64,000 bases of DNA, taken from contig JAPETS010000008.1 in NCBI GenBank assembly GCA_026023565.1, positions 806,001-870,000 on the forward strand, written 5' to 3'. Below the pieces are notes generated by a model. The model was given only the letters and a program-made list of their open reading frames with translations, was not told the DNA's origin and searched no databases. Shown piece after piece: positions 1 through 10,063 of this stretch. The position numbers and the translations under genes are program-made. The stretch is from Cirrosporium novae-zelandiae (taxonomy: Eukaryota). Numbering within the stretch: the stretch's first letter is position 1; each line of letters starts with the position of its first letter.

Positions 1-71
1 GTTAGGTTAGGTAGTTTACATGATTTCGCTTTGGTTATGATATATCATAAGGTCGGGGCCTAATTAATAAA

Positions 72-1411
72 TCATCCTCTCATCCTCGTAGGGTCTCTTC
101 TCTTATACGGGAGTTTCTCCCCTCTCTTCCTCTTGAATTCCATGTCCGCTCCCTCGATCCCCGCCCTCTTCATCACGTCAGCCATTTCCTCGTCCCATTG
201 CGTGCGGAATAGATGAGCACCAATGGGATTGAGCTTTTGTTTGTCAAGGAACCTTCTCAGGATGAAATTATCACGCTTGATGTGTTTTAGGGTTTTGATG
301 GTCCGCTCCTTGATGGGGGCGTTGTTGTGCTGTTCCAGGATAAATGTCGTGAGACGGTGATATGGGCTTCCCTTCTGGGCATGTGGGGGGAGCCAGGGGA
401 GTATGACCTGGGAGTCTGGGTTGAGTTTTGGGAGGGGAGCGTATGTTTTGGTTGCGGAGATGGGAATGTTGACGGCCATGTAGTGGCAGCGGTAGTCGAA
501 TCCGTCCTTTTCGACATTGGGCACGTCCGAATCGAGAACAACCACGCTGACTAGCTTTTCGCCTCCTACAAATGGTTGGATCTGTAAGCGTGGAGGTGCC
601 TTTTCGCTGACGAGAGAGTCCACAAATTCGCCTGGGGGGATGGCTCGGTGTGTAAAAGTAAGTTTTACTTCGACGGTGGGGTCGATAGAGGGAAGAATGT
701 CTGGGACAATGAACATGGTCTCGATACGCTGCATGAGAATTGGACGGTCCCGTTCACGCCATTTGCGATCTGCGAGGAAGCGGTAAATTGGGCGGGCCAT
801 GTCACCTAGGCTAATGATTAGATACATTCAAGATTTAAATAAAAGTTCGGATAGAGTTATATCTACATACCTTCTCCATCTTCAAACCGCTTCTTGATCA
901 TAGGATCATTGATATCTGCCAATATTTTCAGATGCTCTAGAGTACGCCGCAAGCTAAACAGTCGATTTTCCTTCTGCTGTAGTCCCCCGGAAATAGCTAG
1001 ATCCTGTTCTTTCAACCTTGTTATCCGCTCCCTCAGCTTTTGAATTTTCTGCAGCTTTTCTTCTCGATCCTCCTGCAGGACCTTTCGGGCTTCCTGGAAG
1101 CATTGGTACGGCAGCTGCTCGAAGCTGATATTGGAGGATGTTCGGAGGGCAGCTCTTCGCCGTCGGGACCCAACTGGCATCTTACCAGTCAATCTGATTA
1201 CTCGGCGTTCATCTCGAGGCTCTGAGACCGTAGTTGGGTCCATGTTATGCTTGGATGAGACAGCAGGTTTTTGGACCTGAGCTTCTTCATGGTGGCTAGG
1301 TGTAGATTGGAATTGCCGTATAGCACATATACCAATGGATTGGCCTCTGCTTGCCGTAAGCTGCTGCAGGCATTTTATCGTGGGTCTGGCAATGCCTATA
1401 GCTTGCGACAT
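72..1411 (-). CDS. MRPL35: Mitochondrial ribosomal protein mL38 (MrpL35), PEBP domain
   Basis: Two exons joined across intron 806-870 (GTATGT...CTAG). Contains RRRRAAL...FEQLPYQCFQEAR, ILADINDP, and a C-terminal PEBP-like region (DSDVPN, PWLPPHAQKGSPYHR). Start taken at ATG 1411. Confidence 0.9.
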
Positions 1412-1599
1412 TGTTGGAGTGGAGAGCCGGTTTTGAAATTTCTTAGATCTTCCTGGGATGCGAACGAACTTCCAACGATTCGCTAGCGTGGGATGTTTTT
1501 CGCTTTTCCCCAGCACCTCCGCTCTAGTCTCCAACCGTCATCGAGACTATCGAGAGATAACCAACTCCACTCTGTAAATTCTATGAGTCGGGTATCAAA

Positions 1600-2521
1600 A
1601 TGCCTCCCAAGAGTGCATTGCAACCATTTCGGGTTCTTGTTCAGCAATCGAATTTAAGCCGAACTTTCTTCCAGGACCCGGTTGCAGTATGTCTCTCCTC
1701 TCCCCATATCGACATGTTGGATTAACAATCGGCAGCAATGTCTCGTACCACGATTGGCACGTTCAATGGCCACGGAAATTCAACTACCAACTGAAACTGC
1801 CAATAAACCCCCCTCCATCTCGAACCTCTCTCTTCCTGACCAACCTGCAAGACGACAGTGGGTTGAGCCCAAAGTTCTAACAACTGTCTACAGCTTCCCC
1901 TCCATGGAGCCCTTGCGCTTCGAGCAATACGACGCAAACCTCCTCCACTTACCTCTAAGGAGGGACATCCTTCACCGTGCTGTGATCTACGAAGGCGACA
2001 AGACCCGCCAAGGAACTGCTAGCACAAAGACGAGATGGGAAGTTGCTGGTTCTCACCGGAAGGCAAGACGGCAGAAGGGTTCTGGCAGAGCAAGAATGGG
2101 CACCAAGCAATCTCCCATCAATACGGGAGGTGGTGTCTCTCATGGTCCTCATCCGAGAGATTTTTCTACACAATTGCCTAAGAAGGTATATGATCTTGCG
2201 TTTCGAACAGCATTGAGCTATCGGTACCGCAAGGGAGAGTTGATTGTGGTGGATGGTCCTATGAATATACATGTTACGAAGACTTTGTATTTGAAGGATA
2301 TCCTGGATGTGCATCGTTGGGGCAATCCTAATGGGAGGTCTTGGTTGGTCACAAAGAAATGGCACCACAACATTTTCACTGCCATGAAGGATGCTGGAGA
2401 AGATGGGTATGTAAGGAGATTTGATCAAGTGGATGTCAAAGATCTTTTGATGCTAGGGAGAATTGTTATTGAGAAGCAAGCGCTGGACGAGATATTTAAA
2501 ATACATTCCAGGGACCTATAA
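1600..2521 (+). CDS. YML6: Mitochondrial ribosomal protein uL4m (YmL6)
   Basis: ATG 1600 gives a basic presequence exon, then an intron at about 1687-1736. L4 motifs RRDILHRAV, RQGTASTKTRWEV, QKGSGRAR, GGGVSHGPHPRD. Confidence 0.9.
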
Positions 2522-2868
2522 GATGGCTATCCCCCTGGTTCTAAGGAGTGTATATTGCGATTGTATTAGTATTCAATGGAGAAACTATCCAGACAAGTTC
2601 ATGTTTTGGCATAAATTCTACGTATAGTACCAATGCCACTGTGATTTGGTATGTTTTTTTTCCAATGGCTTCTTCTCCGCCGAGAACTCCGCCAAAGTTT
2701 TGGCCGAGGTTTGCGGAGAGGAGATTCGGTTCGATATTGAAGAGAAAAAAGAGAAAAACATCAACTCTACTCAAGCTCCCACCTCCACCCCCACGTCATA
2801 TGTAAACCCCTCCACTCCTCCAAGAAATGATTTTCCCGTGAACCAAGTCCTCTTTAAGATCTCTATTG

Positions 2869-4633
2869 ATGTTTGTCCGACCATCCCCATCCCGAGCAGC
2901 CGCATCATTGCGCTGTCTCTCGCGAGTCCGGTCAGCGCGAATAGCGGCTATGCCATTGAAAGCAAAAATCATAAATCCCGCTTTCGCTGCGGGGCAGGCA
3001 AAGGTCTTTCGCTTGAATATGCATCATTTCCAATATCTACTTAGAGGCCTTTAGCTAACCTGCCTTAGAACCAAAAGATGTCTACCCATTCCACACCAGC
3101 ATCCCCAATCGCAAAAGCTTCAGGAATACAATGGCCACATCCAAAAAGCAGCGACCCCCCTGATGATGTCCTCTTCAATACCCTCTATGGCGTCCGGACA
3201 ATCGAGCTCAATCGTCCCGGGAAGCTGAACTCACTCAATGCATCTATGGTGCGAAAGATCATTCCTCGGATACGGGTATAGACACCCCCCTCTATACTTA
3301 TTACTCGATCTACGCGCTAACTATATATCGCAAGGAATGGGAAAATTCTCAATTGGCAAATGTTATCATAATATCCGGGATAGGTCCAAAGGCCTTCTGT
3401 GCAGGCGGCGACGTTGCAGATCTCGCAGAGCAAAATAAAACAGGCCCTGAAGGAGTAAACAAATCAAAAGGATACTTCGCCCTTGAATACCAATTGGACC
3501 ACCTCCTCGCAACTTCCTCAATGCCGATTGTTGCCTATCTCGATGGCATAACCATGGGCGGCGGGGTGGGGCTCTCCGTGCACCTCCCCATCCGAATTGC
3601 TACCGAGCGGACCGTGTTCGCAATGCCGGAGACGACAATTGGATTCTTCCCCGATGTTGGAGGGTCATTCTTCCTTCCGAGAATGGACGGGCACGTAGGA
3701 ACATATCTAGCCCTTACTAGTGAGCGGCTACACGGGGTCCAGGCCTACTACGCCGGCATCGCAACCCACTATATCCCCAGCTCAACCCTCTCCCTACTCT
3801 CCCGAAGACTAGCGGAACTCACATTCCCGGACCACCTCCCACTGGAGGCGCGCCTCAGCCTGATCAACAGCACGATCCTAGAATTCTCATCTGGGGTACC
3901 CCAAGACGCACCCCCCCTCCTCGCAGGCCCACTCCGCATAGCAATCGACGCAGTCTTCTCACAACCCACTATCCCCGCCATGCTCTCAACCCTCTCAACC
4001 CTCTCAGAAGACCCAACCCTCTCCTCCAAACTCCCAATCCCACCAACCCACCAACAAGAAATCAGCTCCTGGGCCACTAAAACCCGCACCACCCTCCTCC
4101 AACGCTCCCCAACCTCCCTCGCCATAACCCTAAAACAACTCCGCTTCGGCGCCAACTGGTCCATCTCCGAAACCTTCCAGCGAGAATACGAACTCGCCTC
4201 CAAATTCATGACATCCCACGACTTCAACGAGGGGGTCACCGCAAGACTCCTCGAAAAACGCGCCCCTACTTGGTCCCCACCTTCCATCGACGACATCCCC
4301 CCCAACTCAATAATCGAATACTTCAAAATCCCCGAAGGGAAACCGAAACTCCCTCTCCTACGCCCCGATGCCTTGAGGTCCCAGAAGATAAACTACATGA
4401 ATTACCCGCACACGTGGCTCGGACTCCCGCGCGAGAGGCTCGTCGAGGATGTTGTGCGCAAGGGTGGCCTCACGCAAGAGGATGTGGTTAGGACGGTGGC
4501 GGGTCGGTGGACCGCGGGGGATAGGGGCGGGTTTGGGGGCTTGAAGCCTGTAGTTGAACAGAAGGTTCTGGATGTTGTTGCGAGGAAGTGTGTGGATAGG
4601 GAGGGGACGGGTAGGCTTAGTTGGGTTAATTGA
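2869..4633 (+). CDS. EHD3: 3-hydroxyisobutyryl-CoA hydrolase, mitochondrial (Ehd3/mS47, crotonase fold)
   Basis: Motifs LNRPGKLNSLN, AFCAGGDV, GITMGGGVGLS, AMPETTIGFFPDVG, DFNEGV. Two introns (about 3004-3068 and 3276-3334) and an Arg/Ser-rich presequence. Confidence 0.92.
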
Positions 4634-6017
4634 ATTATGTTAGGTTAGGTTAAGGAGAAGAAAAGAAAAGAAATAGTAGAGAATTATTGTGAGTGAGGGA
4701 TTTTACTTTACCTTACGTGCATATGTATGTACATGTCCTTTTTTTGGACAATAAAATGTTTTTTTATTCTTGATGGGTGGGGGGCTTATATGATATGATA
4801 TGAGAAATATATATATATATATATAAATAAATAAACGCCCAACAAGTTCCTAGAAAGAGAAGGAAGAAAAGAAATCATAGAACCTATGTCGGTTATCTAT
4901 ATCAATATTAATATAAAATAAAACCAAGCCAAGTCAACTACATAAGTAAAAACAATTATTATCTAACATAATGTAAGGGCAGCGCCTAATTCAGGCTGTG
5001 TGGTAGGATAACTATCTAAGTAGTGGCTAACTAAATGGAATACTATAGAGTTCGCATTCGAGACGCAGTAATGATGATAGCTCTAGGAGTGCCCTTCATA
5101 CGTTAGGCAGCGGTCTTCCTTATAAGGGTCTTTAGGCGCCATGCCAGCGCTTCACAAGCGCGTAGACGTTATGCTTGGCATGCCCTAACTCAAAGGCCAT
5201 CCATCATCTATGGTCGTTGCTATAAGCTAAATCGTTCTCGTCAAATATGGATACGACCGAGGATCTACATTTTGATTGCTCTCCATTAATGTTTGACTTG
5301 ACTCTTTCCATCAGTAATTTTAACTATAGCATCTATTCAACATGATCAGATCCTGAGTTATTGTAGCCTCGACATTTGAAATAGGTCTTTGCTGTTTCAT
5401 TGGGAGTGCTACACGACCATCGCAGGTAGGATGGTTTGCACCGTTTCGATGTCAGAATAGTCCCTGCCTCTTCTTTGCTTCATGCAACACTGATATACGG
5501 CTAAGTGACCGAAATTATTGATCATCTTACTGACTTTCTCGGTCTGTGCCGGGTTTCGTCCTGACATGAACACATGGCAAAGGCTCGTTTTGAGGATCCG
5601 CTATACACAGTCACTTTAGGTCTCACTGAATCTGCCTGTTTGATTTCATATCATGTTTTAGTTCTATGTCAACCTGTCTAAGAAATAAGTCACCGAGGAC
5701 GAATCATAGGCAGAGATATCGATCTGAATGCACGGACGACGTGGCTTCCTCAGTTGCTGTGCAACGACAACATAGTTATCTCGTTCATGATGCCCGAAAA
5801 AAACAAAATATTCAATTTCCACATTTTAGCTGCAAGAGTCCGGGTTTCTGCTTGAGCCGCCGAGGCAGATTGAGTTTATTGATGAGCGGGATTTCATCCA
5901 TTATTCACGAGATATCAGTGGTATAAAAGAACGAGGTGGCCGAGAGAGTTTGAGCAAGTTATCAATACATCCAGAATCAAGGGAAGTCACAGCTATCCAT
6001 CGTTCTGTACCGTTAAT

Positions 6018-7402
6018 ATGGCATTCTCATTTGCTTTAACCTTATCTCTGCTCTACGCAGCTTCGGCCGCCGCAGCCCCTACAAACTACACGGCCTTGGA
6101 ATCATGTGCGGCTTCCATGGACTCTACCTTGCCTACTCCATTACCAAGCGATTTCCACTTCAGCGGCAATATTCGACGTTATTACATCGCTGCCGAAGAG
6201 GTATTATGGAATTACGTCCCCTCAGGCTGGGATAACTGGCTTGGCGTTCCCCTCAACTCTTCCGCCCGCGCCTACTTCGCCGGCTACACAGCCCCTGGCT
6301 CTCTAGGCACAAAATGGGAAAAAGCTTTATACCGCGGATACACTGACGCGACATTTACCACACTTTCCCCTCAGCCAGCTTGGCAAGGGGCTCAAGGCCC
6401 GACCCTCCGCGCCGAAGTCGGCGACATGATAGAAATCCTCTTCGTCAACAGCCTATCCCAAAACTATGCCAGCATGCACTCCATGGGTCTTGCTTACTCC
6501 AAAGACAACGAAGGAAGCATCTACCCCAACATCTCCGGCCCAGGGGCCATCCAACATCCCGCTCCGGGTGACGCAGTAGCCCCCGGAAACTGTGTCGTCT
6601 ATAAATGGCTAGTCAATGAGGGCTCGGCGCCTACAAATGGGAATATTGTGCATATGTGGGGTTATCACTCATATATTAGCCTTTTCGAGGACATGCACGC
6701 GGGCCTTGCGGGTCCTACAATTGTATATGCTCCTGGTACCATGAATGCGACCATAGCTAGCTACCGCGAATTCACACTCCTGTATAACCGATACGATGAA
6801 TCCCTGTCCTTCATGTCTCTCATCAACGCCGAACTCCTCTCACCCAATAGCCCCCCTTCCCCCATGTCTTCCATCCCATTACCTTCTCCCCTCCCAGGCC
6901 AACCAGGATATGGCAACTTCTCCATCTGGCATCCGCAACTCGTCAATATAGAGTCCTCCGGCCAGCTGAGTCCAATCCAAGCGCCCACATTCTCCGCCCT
7001 AAACGGCCTGGTTTACGCGAATAACGCACTCTTTGAGATGTGTGTGGATGACAAGGTGATATGGTATGTATATGCGCATGGAATGAATAGCCACGTTTTT
7101 CATATGCATGGGAACGGATTTGCTATTAATGGTCTCAACAAAGCGACCCTAAGTACGTACAATTTTACTCTCCGTCCATATTTTCCCCTTAATCCTTAAG
7201 GTTGGCTTTTTAACCTGTTGGGGGGGGGGTTGGGAATATAGGCATTAACGACGGCGTAATGGATGCCCTTAATATGACGGCTCTTGACGTCGGGCAATGG
7301 CAACTTCTTTGTCACGTTACGGATCATCTTGCGGCCGGGATGGTGGATAATTATATTGTTTATCCGGCGGATAGTTGTCCGTTGCCGAAGTTGGAAGAGT
7401 AA
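6018..7402 (+). CDS. Secreted two-domain cupredoxin / ceruloplasmin-hephaestin-like multicopper protein
   Basis: Signal peptide; RRYYIAAEEVLWNY, KALYRGYTD, GPTLRAEVGD, HVFHMHG. After intron 7153-7241 the last exon encodes GQWQLLCHVTDHLAAGM and ends at TAA 7400-7402. Confidence 0.88.
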
Positions 7403-7779
7403 GTAAGGCTTAGGTCAGCGTTGTCAAGAGTATAAATGTTACGCCGGGTGTTCTTATGTTCCCCAGAACTATAGAAAACAGTTGTCCATCTATCGCATGC
7501 TAATTTGACATTATACATTTTCCGATGATCCTCTAACCGTCTTATCTGTAAGGGGATTTTAACAGCAGGCAAAAGTGATTACAAGGGGGATATGATAGAA
7601 ACCAAAATATTGTGGGGTTGAAAGGTCAACTTTATTGACTACTCCTATGTGTCGGAGACATCTTGTTACGCGCGGCCCTTATGGTTATCAAAAGGGGTAG
7701 GCGCTTAGGGCTTCGAGCTGGGGGGCGCAAGAATGCTATAGGAATCTCAAAACTACGGGCTTGCCAGCCTAGCAAAAGG

Positions 7780-7875
7780 AACTTGGCTTACTTGGCTTGA
7801 GCCGACCCGCCGGCTTGACTTGGCTTATTTGTTTAGGTTGGCCTATAGCTTGACTTATTGAGACCGCTGCCCTTA
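7780..7875 (-). mobile_element. Possible DNA-transposon (hAT-like) terminal remnant
   Basis: Minus strand reads CAGCGGTCTCAA followed by repeated AAGCCAAG/AAGTCAAG subterminal-like motifs. No transposase nearby. Confidence 0.35.
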
Positions 7876-8284
7876 GTATAATTCCACGAAATACACACAA
7901 CTAGATATTCTAATCATACTTCAAATCCGATTTCGATAACTGAATTGTATTGGATTTTACCACATCATGACCTTGTCAGCGTATCCAGAATCGTACATTC
8001 ATGTTCGCTGATGTACCAATGCTCGGGAAAACATCACCCCATAATTACGGCACAGTTGCAAGCCCATCAACCACCGCCTCGCGCATTGTCTCAATTTCAT
8101 GTTATGTTTACGTGTGCGAACCGACGTCTCAGAAATTTTCGTTGGGTTGTTGATGTAATACCATGGCCTTTTCTACCGTTGATCATGAGTGTATTACATT
8201 AAATTCCAATTTCCCTTCTGCCCTGAGCGTCGATTGTGATATTGTTTTTTGCATGTTGTTTTGAGATCATTTCATTCTCTAACA

Positions 8285-8790
8285 ATGCCGACCATTGAAG
8301 AGTCTGCAGTCAACAATACGGAGAACGGGTCAGCCATTGGAGATGATTCTGACGGCTCTCTTACCATGTCATTGAACAGCGAGGATGGCGGCCGCAGATT
8401 CGAAAGCGGAAGAAGATACTATCAGGATCGGGTAAGGATTTCAGGTAACATGATATTGTTATAGGTACTAGGCTAGGTGTAGTATACAAGACGCAGACAA
8501 AGAGCAAACATAAAACTGGGCGAAAGTTCCAAAGATACACGATTCAGGGATTGGGGCCTAATATCAGATCCGATTCCTCCTGACGCCGATAACCTTCCTT
8601 ACGGCAAGCCTCAGGCCAAACCCTGACAGATACCATGCATACCACGCTGGACAATACGACATGCCAAATGACGACCAAGAACAAGAACGCCTGGATCGTC
8701 AATACTATGTCATGATTGAAGTCCTAAGCGGCAAGCTCCAGGCTGTTCCAATTCCCTACGATCTTCAAGAAGCACTTGATGGCTTCACTG
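8285..8790 (+). pseudogene. 5' fragment of a LaeA-like SAM-dependent methyltransferase
   Basis: FESGRRY, then from 8631 YHAYHAGQYDMPNDDQEQERLD...LSGKL..VPIP, typical of this family's N-terminus. Breaks off at the LDxG motif. Confidence 0.7.
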
Positions 8791-9365
8791 ATATGCTTAG
8801 GACATGAGTCGCTGCCGAATGTCAATGTCCTCCATCGCGATATATCGACTGGAAATATTCTGCTGAATGAGGCAGAGGATGATGGATTTCTGATCGACCT
8901 TGACCTTGCCATTGAGGCCGATCGCAAAAAGGTATCCGGGGCACTCAGCAAAACCGGCACGAAGATTTTCATGGCAATAGGCGCTTTTGACGGCGAACAG
9001 CATAACTTCATACATGATCTGAAGTCGTTTTTCTAGGTTGTTTTCTGGATTTGTTGTCCACTGCACAGGGTCAGGTGGGAAGAATAGCAAAAACCGAATT
9101 CGAATCCTGGAATTATATCTCAACCGAGAAACTGGCAAAAGAAAAAACTGGTCTGGTAACATGGGTGACACAATTTACCATGGTGATGGATAGAGATATC
9201 ACGGATTACTGCCAACCATTGGTTCCATAACTTAAAAAGCTACATGATGTTGTCTTCCCAAATTATCAAATTCGTGCAAGTGAAGATCGAAGGTTGTATT
9301 TTATGATGAAAGCAGTCCTTCAACAGGCTCTGAATGACCCAGGAGGTTCAGGCCCAATGGGCTGA
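8790..9365 (+). pseudogene. 3' fragment of a fungal-type protein kinase (FunK1 / Pkinase_fungal)
   Basis: HRDISTGNIL, GFLIDLDLA, TGTKIFMAIG, HDLKSFF*VVFWIC. Stops at 9034-9036 and 9228-9230 and a frameshift near 9055; reading continues EFESWNY...VVFP...LY to TGA 9363-9365. Confidence 0.85.
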
Positions 9366-10030
9366 TTACCTAAGTCTAATTGCATATATATATATATATA
9401 TTTTATCAAACATGCACTGTACATTGACATGGGGGACCCAACCAATTAGAAAACTTCAGAACTTGTCTTCTAGGTTCCATTCTAAATCTGCATTTACTGC
9501 AAGAGTCCTGCTAAGGACGGGCTAATAGTCTCGGCTCAAGAAATAGGACTACGCAGGTACCTCTTCACGGCGGCATTTTATTTATAATGGAGTTTTCCTC
9601 CCTGTGACATCCGTCCGAAGTTGGACTGTGAACGAGTCCCTTGTCGTAAACGTTAGACAGACCAGTTTCATTCCACCTACGTCGTTGTAGTGGACCGGGA
9701 TCTTCGATGAAGAAATGGTGGCGAAAGGCATCCAATTTGCAAATCAACAATATGCCCTATGGAATCTGGATAAAAGAAGATGGTGCTGTGACGCCTAAGG
9801 CATAGCTAGATCATATAACCACGCAATCTGGCCCGTACTCCCGACCTTTTATATAAACCGTTTATCGTAGAATTGAATGGACAGCTTTTATACTGATTTA
9901 TCCCTTCAATAAAAGGATGATGGGTAGAAAAAAGGGAAAGAGTCGCGCGAGCGGTCACATGCATTATCAAACTCACCTCGCTAGGGCGGCAGTGTTTGGG
10001 TGAGAGCTTCATAGATATATGTTCTGTTTT

Positions 10031-10063
10031 ACTACCTACCTACCTACCTAACCTACCTACCTA
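10031..10063. repeat. (CCTA)n microsatellite overlapping the BRCT gene stop
   Basis: actacctacctacctacctaacctacctacctag. Confidence 0.8.

Noticed and set aside
1..14. TTAGG repeats (also near 4639-4654) resembling telomeric sequence
   Set aside because: Only two or three units, not TTAGGG arrays, and located in ordinary 3' UTRs.
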